Shown here piece by piece: positions 39,215-51,830 of a DNA stretch of 64,000 nucleotides (positions are counted from its first letter, which is position 1; each line of letters opens with the position of its first letter). The notes below the pieces were generated by a model. It did not search any database. It saw nothing but the letters and a program-made list of their open reading frames with translations, and was not told the origin of the DNA. Origin of the DNA: Rhizophagus irregularis (taxonomy: Eukaryota); the NCBI RefSeq assembly GCF_026210795.1, contig NC_089433.1, forward strand, positions 2,418,001-2,482,000, read 5' to 3'. The position numbers and the translations under genes were made by a program.

Positions 39215-41225
39215 TAATTATAAATTATAGTGCTTGTAGCGATTAATATTACAATTATTAACTAATGCTAGCAGATGATTGGTAAGGATTTGGCCACGTA
39301 GTGGCCAAATCTGTCCAATTAGAATGCAGCATTGGTTAATAATTGTATATTTATCAACGCAAGCACAATAATGATATTATCATGTGATATTATGATGTTT
39401 TATTTAAACTTTTATTAAACTCGAATTAAACTCATAAATTAAGCTTTTATCATTTTTTTTCTTTATCCAATTTCATTTCTCTCCTATTAATATTTTAAAG
39501 ATGCAAGATAACAAAGATAAACGACCTTGTAAGAAATTAAAGGTGAACTTTACTTATAAAAAGCCTACTGATGATGAGCTTCGCAATCTTATTGATAGTA
39601 GCCGATGTAAAAATACTGATTATTCAACTTCAAATTGGATACGAGCTTTGGAAAAATTTAGAACAGATGTTAATTATCAAGGATTGATTGAGGAAGTTGA
39701 TACAAAAGAAGAATTAGAGGATCAGCTTTGTAGATTTGTTCATGCAATGAGAAAAAAAGATGGTTCTGAATATCATGTTTCTTCAGTTAATAGTTGCATG
39801 TTTGCAATAAATAGACATTTGAATAATAAGTCTGTCCTTTCAAAACCTATCAACATTATGGATAAAGATCAATATTACAAATTATGGCAGATTTTGAATG
39901 GTAAAGTTAAGAGTCTTGTGAGTCAAGGTCGTGGGGAGCGTAACGGTGCTGATGGATTTACTGAAGATGATCTTCTTCAGATTCTTGATCATCCAGCAAT
40001 GTCTGGCAATGATCCTGCCAGTTTATTATATAGGATCTTTTTTTTTAATGCTATTTTTTTAGGGTTAAAAGGAGGAGAACATTTCAATTTGCAGCTTCAA
40101 AATTTTATACGAAGAAAAGACAAATATGGTGGATTTGATATTATCATTTACAAATCAAAAACTAATCAACGCGGTGCCAATAATATTGAATCTCAAGGTG
40201 ATAAGTTATACATTCCCGAAATACCTAGTATCATTGAAATGTATGAAAATTATTTTACCAAACGTCCAACCCAAGCTGATCCACATTTTTATTTAAAGCC
40301 ATGCAATATTAGTGAAGGTAAATATTAAAAATTTTTTTTTTTTGACAAATCTAATGTCAAAATTTTTATTATTTTTTATTTCATATTATACAGTTGAATT
40401 TAATGGACAATGGTATCATAAGCAACATGTGTCTGAAAAAGAAATTAAATCCTTTATGAAAAAAATTGTTACCTTAACCGGAATTAACGTGGATGATCGC
40501 AAAATTAGTAACCATTCAGGTCGGAAAACGCTAGTACAAATATTAAAGCGACGAGGATTTTCAAATTCTGAATGTATGGCAAGTACACGACATAAGTCTG
40601 AGCAAATGCTTGCTAGATATGAGCGTCCAGAAACTGAAATTCAACGAAATAATGCTTTTAACCTTGTTGAAGCATTTGGTTTTAATAAAAATAATATTCG
40701 ATCAGGTAAAAATTTGAAATTTTTAATCATTAATAAATGACCTGCATTCTAATTTTCTTCTATAGAAGAATCAATGGAACAATCAACTTTATCAACAGAC
40801 AATTTCGTTGTTGCAAAATCATTGCTTAATGGTAATATTCTAAAATTTTATTCTATTTTTTGATAATCAATTTAACAAAATTGAACTTTTTCTAGATAAT
40901 CGTGAAGTTATTAATTTGGCAAACAGTAATATTAAAGTTACAAGAAGGCCATTAAAAGATTTAAATGAAATTCAAGAAAATAAAAGTCAAAATTTGGAAG
41001 AATTAGTTTCGAAATTAACAGCTGATAAAGTTTTTATCAATTCTGTTATTATTTTCAATAATAATCCTAATAGCCATAATTAATAATTATAACACATGTA
41101 TTGTTTATAGCTTAAATATAGTTTATTGTAATTATTAAACTTACGCATAAAAAACAATTAAATTACAAATCATCAATATCATACAGCGGAGCACGATAAT
41201 TTCATTTATTAAATAATTTAATAAA
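39215..41225 (+). mobile_element. Putative Crypton element inserted in a hAT transposase pseudogene (ends approximate)
   Basis: hAT-like coding fragments stop at ~39215 and resume at ~41225 around the recombinase gene. No TIRs seen. Confidence 0.6.
39501..41083 (+). CDS. Crypton-type tyrosine recombinase (DUF3504/ZMYM-like); exons 39501-40317, 40394-40705, 40766-40831, 40896-41083
   Basis: Motifs L..FV..MRKKDGSEY, LGLKGGEH, KSKTNQRG, YF.KRP...FYLKP, WY....V, KISNHSGRKT and TRHKS...LARY. All three GT-AG introns splice in frame with no stops. Confidence 0.88.
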
Positions 41226-41361
41226 TGTTGGGTACAATTTGTTATCTTATTACTTTTTTTTTCATCCAAAATATCGAGGTAAACTTAATTATTTTATTGT
41301 TTTTATTTTATTTAATATATTCATTTATTTAAATTTATTTAGATAATATAAAAGGGAGTAT

Positions 41362-43440
41362 GGAAAAAACTCTTTCCTGAAAAACATTTTTACAAAAATT
41401 TCTGCATAATAATTTTTTTAAAAAATAACCCCTTTATTAAATTTTATTACAAATAATTAAAAATGAATCTATACAAGAGTAGAAAACAGTTTGAACAAAT
41501 TCTAGAATATGTTTCTGGATATAATGAACTATTCCATTACAACGTAACTGAACTCTTAGGTTCTTTTATACAGGACGGTTTCCTAAAGGACTTATTTAAT
41601 AAAAATCCATCACAGCCAGTGGATAAAGGCCAGCTGTTGATAAGGAAGTTTGGCGAAGCTGCCAACCCCGAGAACTTCACTTTACAAGCTCAAGTTACAA
41701 ATATACAACATACCACCCTCTCACTAATATTTTCCATAGTGCTATATGTGTCGTCCAGGTCTTAAAATACTTTTGCGACTAAGTACTACATGATGTTTGG
41801 TGACATGGGTGAAATCGCAATAGACGATAGTGTTACAGATGATGGAATATATGAGTCATCTGAAGATGGGCTTGATGAAAATGAAATACATTGAATAATC
41901 GATTACAAAAAAGGATTACAAACACCAAATCCAGTAGATGAAACGCCTCCAATACTGCCTGATGTAGAAATGACCCCTGTCGATTAAACTGTGACACCCG
42001 AAACTTTCTGAAAGAAAGATAAATAAAAGGCACATGTTACAGATAAGGTTGCTTGTCTAAATCTCTTCAAAATCCTACGATTAGTTTTGTCAAAATTTTA
42101 CTATAGATTTATTATAGTTTCGGCAGAGTTTCGGCAGTTTCGGCATTTATAATAAGTTTCAGCAGTTTCGCCTTTCTCTAAAGTTTCGCCAGTTTTTTAA
42201 TATAACTTTAATATAGTTTTGGCAGAATTTCGCTTTTCGGCGAAACGCCATCTTGCCTAAACCCCTAGGTTTCGGCAAGTAACCTTAGTTACAGATGATA
42301 AACAAGTTAAGGACCAATCAACAACAGCAAATCCTGGTACAAAAACATTAGCCAAAAATTCCTAAAAGGAAAAGAATTCATCTATACTCAAATACTGACA
42401 GGATACGAAGCTATCAGAAATGAGTAAGAGCGAATCTGAGACATAATAGTTTATGATATTCTGTATATCTGGGACCTGCAGAAAATTATAGCAGAGTTAA
42501 AATTTTGGAGTAATACTATCAAGTGTTCCGTTAAACGACAAAACAAGTATCAGACTCTTAGAGTCAAGATAGCACTATCCTCATTTGCCCTTTCCCAATT
42601 CACTAACTATTGGATGAAGTATACCTGTAAGATGGTTCCCTGCAAGTTGGACTTTACGAGAAAGAAAACAATGTGAAAAGTTTCAAGCCATTATTCATGA
42701 CATTCTGGAGGATATGACAATAGCTACCTTGTGGGCTGACCGTAAACCATGTGAATTTTTAATGAAAATAATTCAAGCAAGAGAAAACTGGTTGCATATT
42801 TTAAGAATTGGGAGACTACACTCAAGGCCTTAGATAAACTGCCAGTTACCTCACAAGTTGAAATGGTGTTGACACTCTATTCCTAACTTGAAGAAGAAAG
42901 CACAAATCAAACCGAAGATTAAAAATACCCTGAACAAGAAGAAATCTGGTAAAACAGGTAATGATATGGTAAGTAATCAGAGGATAAACAACAATCCTCG
43001 ACCAAAGCTTCTAAAAATAATAATGAATTGAAGAACCTGACCATTCAGAAGAAGGCAAAGAAATCCCCAAAGAATGGTGGAAGTGGTATTAAAGATAACA
43101 AGGAGGTTTTAGCAGAAATTTTGTCTTTATTACGGAAACTAGTGTAGGGTCATAGTGTACCTGATAGTTTAGATTATTTTTTTAAGCAGAATTATTTTAT
43201 TATTTTACTTCTACTCTAGCTTTAGAGGGGTTTATCCCAGTTGATTCCCTTTTTTTTTATTACCCAGTGCGTATCAGCAAACCTACATGGTGGAATTTCA
43301 TCTAGGGTGCTCCACTCTTTAACGGAGGGCAAGGTTTTGTACAAATTTGTACAAATTTGCTTACCACAGTACTCACAATTGTGTAGATTCTTTTCAATGT
43401 GTTGGTTTCTTCTTTTGTGCACTCATCATTGGTTCCCCGG
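41362..43440 (+). mobile_element. Near full-length decayed copy of the ORF1-only retroelement
   Basis: The 5' UTR matches the reverse complement of 60540-60436. ORF 41463 (FIQDGFLKDLF..NP...FG..ANP.NFT.QAQVTNIQ.TTLSLIFSI.LY) continues with stops to ..EILSLLRKLV* at ~43147. Confidence 0.85.
42044..42287. mobile_element. 244-bp hAT-type MITE, copy 2
   Basis: Seven transitions relative to 17419-17662. TSD GTTACAGA at 42036-42043 and 42288-42295. Confidence 0.92.
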
Positions 43441-44149
43441 ACAATTATAATTAAGGTCATATCTTCTATGCTAAAAATTTACCCTTGTCATCCTGAACTT
43501 ACTTTTAAAGCTATAGATACAAAACTTTGTAATAATAATTGCCCTCCTATTATCTATAATTTTGTTACTTAAAAAGTAATATTTAATAATAGTAATTTTT
43601 ATTTTTTTTGTATATTTCTATGTATACCAATAGTGAAAAAGCATATATTTTTTTGCCTGTGTAATGATACTTATCTCAAATTCTAATCAGTAGATTTACA
43701 AGATTTTGGTATCAAAAGATTCTTCTCTTCAAAAGAAACATTTTTTTCTATGGTAAAAAATAATATTAACTTAATAAAATTACATGTTAAAAGAAAAATA
43801 AAGTTTAAAATATAGTAAGATATGACCTCAATTATAATTATCCGGGTTCTATTACAGCATTATGGCATTATGGTATTTATGATTTATGGCATTTTATTAC
43901 AGTTTATACAGGATAATAAGGAGATTTTAGCAGAAATTTTATCTTTATTACGGAAACTAGTGTAGTCATTGCACCTATATAGTTTAGATTATTTTTTTAA
44001 GCAGAATAGTTATATTTTATTTCTACTCTATAGGCCTAACGCATATGGGCAAACCTACATATTTAGGGTGCTCCACTCTTTATCAGAGGGTGAGGTTTTG
44101 TACCAATGTGTACAGAATTAATAACCATCACCATACCTCTTTCTTTTTA

Positions 44150-44930
44150 TTAGGAACAGCCTTGGACCTGGACTTTGAGAATTTTTTTCGTGGGGTTTTG
44201 TTTCTTTTTTTTGTTTGGGAACGTTACTAACGTTCTCTCTTTCTTTTTTTTATTTGGGAATGTTACTAACATCCCTCTCTTTCTTTTTTTTTAGTAACAG
44301 CCTTGAACCTGAATTTTGACATTGCAAGGAGAGTTTTTTTTGTGATTTTTCATTTCTTTTTCTGGTTTAGGAACATTACTAACTTTCTTTCTTTCTTTTT
44401 TTTAGGAATGGCCTTGGATTTCAACCTGGATTTTGACATTGCAAGGTGAGTGGTGGGTTGATTTTTTTTGTGGGGTTTCCTTTTTTTTTTGGTTGGAAGC
44501 GTTACTAATGTCCCTCTCTTTCTTTTTTTTTTAGGAATGGATTTGAACTTCGAACTGGACTTTGACATTGCAATGTGAGTGGGTGGGTTGATTTTTTTTT
44601 GTGGATTTCCTTTTTTCTTTTTGATTGGGAACGTTACTAAAGTCCCTTTCTTTCTTTTTTTTTTAGGAACGGCCTTGAACTTTGACCTGGACTTTGACAT
44701 AGGTAAGTGGGTGGTTTGATCTTTTTCATGGAGTTTTATTTCTTTTTTTGGTTTGGAAATGTTACTAACATTCCCTTTCTTTTTTTTTAGAAACAGCTTG
44801 GACTTTGGCCTGGAGGACTTTGAATTGTAAAATGGGTGGGTGTTTTGTTTTATTGTTCATCTTTTTTTAATTTGGGAATGTCTCTAACGTTCTCTTTTTT
44901 TTTTTAAGAATGACTTTAAACTGAACTTTA
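44150..44930 (+). repeat. ~130-bp tandem units of microexon + intron with TACTAAC branch point
   Basis: About 6 units: tttag|gaatggccttg...actttgacattgcaag|gtgagt...gttactaac..(Y)n..tttag. Confidence 0.8.
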
Positions 44931-45083
44931 AAATTGTCTTATTTATTTTTGTTAATCTTAGTGTAGTGGTTTTATTTGGTTCTCCTTTTTTTTTCTTAAC
45001 TCTTGGTAAGATGGCTTCGTTTGGAATGTAATTGCCCTTGATCTTTTATCTTTTCATTAATTATTCTTGATGGCTTTTGTTAT

Positions 45084-46312
45084 CAGTCAGTGGAAATGTT
45101 CCCAAAAATTAGAGGGAGATTTTTTGTACTATGATATCTCAATATAAATTATTGGGACAGTATATGGCATATAGTATATATGTAAACTTAAGGTTGGCCA
45201 AAATTGGTACAAATGGCTAAAATCGACAATTTTCAGATCTTAATTCTGGCAGAAATTTTCTTAATTCTGGCCAAATTCGTAATGCCGGCCCAAATTACAT
45301 TAAAATCGAAATTTTCAGGTCAAATTTTTCCAACAATAGTAAACATGTTCGTTCAAGATTTGAAAAATATTTTTAAACCTTTTAAAAGTTAAAAACTTCA
45401 CTTTATTTGGTTGCATCTAGCCAAAGAAAGTAGTCAATTATATAGTTATTTTAATACAACAAACTAATAAAAATTAAGAAAATTTATTTAACCTTATTCT
45501 TTTGCTTATTTTTTTTAAATATTCAATAAATATCTTTAATTTTAACGCTATTTTAGATACTTTTTATATATATAAAAAAATATTTTACTTATTCATATTA
45601 TACTATTTGTATTTATGACTTAATAAAGTAAATAGACCTAATAGTCAATAAGAATTTTTCTATGAATAAATAATTTTTGTTTTATTTTCTTGTTAAACGA
45701 ACTAAAATTAAAAATTTTAAAGTTTTTTTTAATGTTATAATAATTTACATGATTAAAGAATTAAGCATTAAATATCTAATTTAAATAAACAAATAAAAAC
45801 ATAATATTTAACTATTTTTAAATTTATAAATAACAAGTTCATTTCACCAAATTATACTTAAAAATGAAATAATTGCTGGTTAAGAAAGCTTTTGTTAAGA
45901 GTTTTATTAGTTTTATTGAAATCAAGAAAATTTTTTTTTATTATAAAAATTGGTTTTTTGCGGTTTACACAAAATCTCTCTAAATAACTGCCTTTTTTAA
46001 CTTAATAAATCTTTTTCTTCTCGTAAAATTACATATATTTGTATTATTTAAATTGTATTTTATACCTACCTTTAAGTTAAAACTTCATTTTGAGACGAAC
46101 TTTCTTGTAATATGTAAAGAAAAAAAAAATATTACTAAAGAGGAAATGATGACGAATATTTATAGTACATAATGAACTATTAATTTACTTAATTTGTATA
46201 AGCATTGTATTAAAAATTTCTTTTTTTAGCTACGTGGTGATATATTCAATTATGGTTACACAAAATTATTTTAATTAATGATCAGCAAGAGAAATAACAT
46301 TTCCACTGACTG
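45084..46312. mobile_element. 1.23-kb non-autonomous TIR element with 4-bp TSD
   Basis: Perfect 17-bp TIR CAGTCAGTGGAAATGTT. TTAT at 45080-45083 and 46313-46316. Superfamily unassigned. Confidence 0.7.
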
Positions 46313-46769
46313 TTATAGATATAATTACTCATGGTTCTTCTAACTTTTTATATAACAGCTTTATTTGGAACTTTTTATCTTTGATTTTGCCTTTTATCTT
46401 TGATTCTTTTATTTGCATTTTATTATTTTATTACTTCATTTTATACCTTGTGAAGCAAATTAAAAAAAAAGTTCGTAGTAACTATAAATCAAATATATTA
46501 TTACAGAATGTGACTAAATAACTAAATATTACATAAATCAATTTTGATTATTTTTATTTAGTTAAATTAGAAAAGAGAACTATTATAAATTCAAAGTGAA
46601 AGATTTTGATTTTTCGCATCATCATTTAACAAAAATGTTAGCCAATAAAAAGTTTTTTTGTGAATCACATGATGTAATGTTGAACACCACTGGTGTGATT
46701 TAGTAGAGTTGAAATTTTATTACACTTTAGACAAATTATATTTTAAGGGACAGTCACCTATCACCTATA

Positions 46770-47720
46770 ATAAATATGGAGATAAAGGTAGTACTGATGC
46801 CGATGATAATGATTCAGATTCAGAAGATCCTGATGATGATAATCCTGGCATAATTCCAGATAAAGCTTTTATGGATTTAAAATTGAAAAAAATACCAATA
46901 CCAGAAATAACTTCTGTTAATCATACATGTTACAGCTGATAAACTAATCAATAATGGCATAATTTATTTGAAGTAACTCAAATACTGACTGACTTTTAAA
47001 GTTAAGATAGCACTATCCTCATTTGCCCTTCTCCAGTTTAAAAACTTTTGGATGGAAGAAAATAACATGAAAAGTTCCAAGCTGTTATTTATGATATTCC
47101 AGTAGAAATGATGATAGCAACTTTGTGGGCTGACTGATATGCAGTGCTAGCTCATTTAAAATTATTCAAACAAGTAATGGAAGGAGGAAGCTCATGGCCT
47201 ATTTCAAGAATTGGAAGATCACACCTAGGGTCCTAGGTTTACTTGCCTACAGATAAGGAGTTGAAATGGTGTAAACACTCTCTTCCTAACTTAAAGAAAA
47301 TACACATCAAACCAAAAACTAAAAATACTCCTAACAAGAAGCCCGGCAATGTTGGACAAATTAAAGATAGTAATAAGCCTAAGAAGAAGGATAAGAAATC
47401 CTTGAATAAGACCACTAAAAGTGATGACCAGTTGACTCAGAAAGTTCTTGAAAAACAAGGGTAGTAATAAAGCCAACAAGAAGATTTTAGCAAAGATTTT
47501 GACTTTATGATTAGGTTTTCTATTAGATCATTTTTAGGTTACTTTATATATTTAGGCAGAAATTTTATATTTTTTATTTCTACTCTAGACCCTTTTGCTT
47601 TAGAAGAGGCTTGCTCCAGTTGATTCTTTATTTCTTACTCAGCGTGTTTGGATTATCTTAGGTGGCATAGTTTCTCCTAGGTATAGCTCTTTTTTTTATC
47701 AAAAAGTAAGGATGATAATT
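46770..47720 (+). mobile_element. Strongly deleted copy of the ORF1-only retroelement
   Basis: Acidic linker, then agatagcactatcctcatttgccctt, KELKWCKHSLPNLKK, a basic tail and a 3' UTR similar to 43220-43330. Confidence 0.75.
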
Positions 47721-47756
47721 TGAAATCTGTGCTCACATATTTGTTTTCTGTACTTA

Positions 47757-49080
47757 CAGTTCATGACATAAATGTCCGGAATTTTATCACAATATGTAAA
47801 AACATAATAAATTTTATTTTTTTTATTTCAAATTTATACCATTAATAACTTAAGATGTGCAGATAAACATACTTTAAAAGTTAGTAATTTATCATATAAC
47901 CATTATTTTCTATGACCATGTTAATCCGATTTGACATGCTATTTGCTAAACTAAAGAAGAGATTTTTATCAATATTATCACATTCTTGCTGAATTATGCC
48001 TTGAAAATCATTAGCACCAAGTGATTTTTTTTTCATAACCCAATTATTAACCCTTCTTTCAACATTTCCTTTAAGAATCGCCCATAAATTTTCGATGGGG
48101 TTCAAGTCAGGTGAGTTTGCAGGCTAATCAATAACCGGAACATCATTAATCACAAAAAATTGATGAGTAAGCTTCGCGGTATGCATTGGTGCATTGTCCT
48201 GCTGAAAATTCCATCCATAACCAGCATGATAAGCATTAGGAAGTAGTTGAGATTGAAGGATTTCACGGTATTTAGCAGAATTCATGTTTTCTGTAAATAA
48301 TGCAACTCCAATTGGCCTTTGGCGGCAAAATGCATCCCAAACATGAACCTTATATGGATGTTTTACCATAGGATGTACTGGATGTGGGTTTCCAGCCTTG
48401 TAATGTACAATTTGAGTATTACGAAACGTCTGAAATGTACTTTCATCTGAAAAAATTGTGTGAGTCCAGTCATCTTTGATGTGATTTAAGGCCCATTGAA
48501 GATGAACTTCAACATGACTTTCTTTAAGAAGAGGAACAGACCATGGTCTACAAACAATATAATAATTAAGTTTATTTTTAAGAGTACGTTATACAGTTCG
48601 GGTTGATATATTAAGATCTGGATACAAATTATTTAGCTTTGTTGTCATTAAAGCTGAAGTTGTTGCATTATCATTTTTAAGAAGATGGCCAAGATATCGA
48701 CGTTTTTTTGGTGTCAGAACAAGAGGATGACCAGAAATGGGTAAGTGTTCAACACTTCCTGTTTTTTTTAGACGATTGATAATGTCATATACTGTAGACT
48801 TTGGAAAACCAGTCATTTTAATTATTTCAGAGGGTTTTTGTATATTATTATCCCATAACTCCTTAACAGTCAACCTTTGCATTTCAAATACCGAAGTGGA
48901 TGCCATGATGTTATTTTGCTGCTGATAAACAATCAGGTGAGAATTTTTCACGCTATATTTATGTTTAAAAAAGGCTGATCAACTTCCATTTTAATTATTA
49001 TTTTAGTTGCACAAGACTTGGTGTGACAGCACTTCTTTATGCATAAAAATAAAAATTCTGAATATTTATGTCGTAAACTA
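47757..49080 (-). mobile_element. Tc1-family DNA transposon (1324 bp)
   Basis: 29-bp TIR CAGTTCATGACATAAATGTCCGGAATTTT; the right copy has transitions. TA TSD at 47755-47756 and 49081-49082. Confidence 0.92.
47881..48906 (-). pseudogene. Tc1 DD34E transposase with two premature stops in a single frame
   Basis: HTH region (TGFPKSTVYDII), FSDES, FQQDNAPMH and (W>*)PANSPDLNPIENLW, with 34 residues between D and E. Stops at 48589-48591 and 48124-48126. Confidence 0.92.
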
Positions 49081-49129
49081 TATATACTGAGTTACTTTTA
49101 TTAGTTATATATTTACATTAATGCAAATA

Positions 49130-51830
49130 AAGAGAAACCTCAATGGTAGGAAGCATTGAAAATAAGAGATTGCAAAATTGGCAAAGTCTTTATAAAATGG
49201 ATGAGTGAAAAGCTTGCTGGATAGAGAAAGGAAGTTTCAAAAAAAGTAAGGCCAGAGGAGTAGTAAAAGCAAGGTCAACTTTTCAATGAATAAGTAAGAG
49301 CATAGGGGAGACCATCGATTGAATAGTCTTTTTAGAGAAAGGGAAGTTTAAAGACAGAATTCTAATTGTAGAAGAAGCATAACATTATAAAGATATGCTA
49401 CATATGGAAGTTGAAAGGGAGAACCAAACATCAAGTAAAAAAAGCAAAATGAAGTGTCGGTAGCCAAAGAAGAAAGAGTAATAGAACTATATGAACTGAA
49501 GGTTCAAACATATTTTGCTGAATTTACTTGTACATTGTTTAAAATTTTGAAGATGCATAAAGATATTAGCCATAACTGTAATATTAAAACACAGTGTCGT
49601 ATGTAATAGGTTGCAACCTATCTACATTAAAAAGCAAAAGTTGTAATGCTGTAATTAGGTTGTAATGCCAGTAATACTGTAATTAGGTCTTAATGCCGTA
49701 ACAAGTAATCTGTAATGCCGTAATTCTGAAATTAAGTATATAATTTCGGCCAGAATTATTCACTTAATTTTAGCAGAAATTAACAAATATCCTAAAAAGG
49801 ACTCGTTCCCACTAAAATCAATTTTTGTGGAACGGCTATCGCCAAAAAAGGAAAGATCTGCATTCCGTTTTGGCTGAATTATGATTTTCGGCTGAAATTA
49901 CATGTTTAAGTGAAATTACGTTAATTTTCAAATATCATCTAAATAAGAAATTATTACTAATGGCATAATTTCGTTAATTTCGGCCGGAATTATATTTCGG
50001 ATTTCGGATTTCGGATTTTAGGAAATATGTGACCGTGTAATTTCAATTTTAAGTATCAAAAAAAAAATAATAATAATTTTTTTTTTGTAAAAAAGTTTAT
50101 ATGTAAATTATGCATAAAATCATCTATAAATTTTTTTGAAAAAAACTTAATATTTCCCACCTTCCACCCTGACCACTCACCCCTAGGGATTTTAGTTTAT
50201 TATATAATTTTTTTCTTTACATGAACGTGTATACAACTAAAATACAAAAAAAAACACGATGCATCTTATGTACCCCTAAAAATTAAATTACACGACATAT
50301 AAACTATTGTAATTTTACTTTTATAATTCATTATTTTTATTTTAAATTATTATGCCATTAAAAATTATGACATTACAGCCTAATTATAGCATTGCTGTAA
50401 TATTACAGTATCGACCAATCAATTACAGCTAACATCTTTACAAAGGGATTATGTGCTTCTTGATTGAGAACTGTAAGCAAAGAATTCAAATAAATAAATA
50501 ATCCAAAGAAGAGGTGAAATAATTTCTTCTTGATCAATACCAATATGAACATAATAAGAAGGAGAATCGTCATAATAAGTAAGGATATGATTGTTACATC
50601 TAGTAAAAAAATTAACAACAAATTGAATTAAGATAAGAGTTCAGGGATGTAAAGTCACTTTAAAATCAATCTAAGCATATTCAAATCCATAAAGTCAGAA
50701 ACAATCCGTCATGTTTATTTTGGTGGATGATAATATCAAGCATCTTAATAGGAACATTAGTGGAACCACTAGGTATTCCAGTGAAGTTTCAGCAAGGATT
50801 TGGAAAAGATGATTGGTAACAACCTTAACAATACAGTTTTGAGTAAAGTAATTGGTTGAGAATAGGGTAGACTATAGCTTCATGCCAGTCAGAAATATCA
50901 TCTCAAGTAAAGCACGAATTGGTGAAATATTTATTTCATGATATTTTAGAGGGACCAGAAGCTTTATTGTTAAGAATATAAGAAATAATTTCAGGTGCCA
51001 AAACAGGATCATAAAGATAAGCAGACACATTGGAGAAGAGAGTATATACTTGTTGCCATTGAGAGGGAAAAGATGTTATAGAAGTGTAGCATACTGAAGG
51101 ATCCATGAGTAAAGTGGATTTAGAGTCTAAAATAACTAAAACATGATTCAAAACAATCATATACCAATCAACTAACAAAGCAGAATTGATATAAGTGCCC
51201 AACAACAAGGATAAATGTTCATCAAGTCGTATAATATTCCATTAAGTCCATTAGGTACTGAGTGTAAGAAAAATTTGAAGGCAGACAGATTAGTAATATA
51301 GGTAGGGATTATATAATCAGGAAGCAAGAGAAAACCTAAATAAAAATCAATCCAAAAACTTGTTGATAGTGATAAGTTTAGTAAGTTCAGAAAAGTAAGA
51401 GTGACAAGTGTTATATTCATGTTGGAAAAGTAATAAGTCAATAGCAGTACCAAAGATGGGATTTTCTTAACCAAGTATGTTATAATATGAGAGAAAAGAC
51501 CAGGGCAGGAAATTCAAGACCAAATATAATCCAGGTGTGAAGAACCATTATCATGGTAAAAGGTAGGATCAAGACAAGTTAAAAAGGAAGAATAAGCTTG
51601 ATGGTCCATAAAATAATAAGAAGAGAGTAAACAAAGTAGTCTAAAATTTTGTTGCGAGTAAGAATTCATTAGTGTTGAAGTCTCCAAAAATAAGTACATG
51701 ATAATTCTGGAAGTTAGCATAATCTAACCAAAAAAGGAGTTTAAAAAATAGTTCATCACAAATATTTTGATAAACAGAACAATATGAAGGGAAATAAAGA
51801 GAAATGATTAAAATTTTGGTTTGGTGAAAA
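49130..51830 (-). pseudogene. Decayed LINE ORF2 (APE endonuclease + RT), interrupted at ~49600-50420
   Basis: Minus strand reads IFGDFN, PTFYHDNGSSHLDYIWS, NNKASGPSKIS and IGIDQEEIISPL, homologous to 60550-62950. Confidence 0.8.

Larger units (their letters stand above)
37157..43905 (+). mobile_element. Decayed hAT element (BED-finger transposase pseudogene ~38301-39215, resuming ~41225); right end approximate
   Basis: Left end TATAGGTGC resembles the TIR of the MITE at 52935-53368. BED finger IWNHY...AKCHYC...LKSHL..C. Later hAT-like fragments: HTGSF..EIE..L..IGPKKFAAVV, GGL...KTKWST, FHPKYRG. Confidence 0.6.
36050..44115 (+). mobile_element. Decayed copy of the ORF1-only retroelement, in two parts (~36050-37156 and ~43910-44115) separated by nested insertions
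   Basis: The 5' part is homologous to 60400-59050. The terminal DNKEILAEILSLLRKLV* and the 3' UTR resume at 43911. Confidence 0.7.

Noticed and set aside
44150..44930. Repeat-spacer pattern as CRISPR, and Lys-rich ORF 44350-44700 (-)
   Set aside because: The intervening parts are homologous to each other and look like introns. The ORF is the antisense of polypyrimidine tracts.
49600..50420. Discrete MITE with GCCGTAAT repeats inside the LINE remnant
   Set aside because: It is clearly an insertion, but TIRs and TSD could not be delimited.
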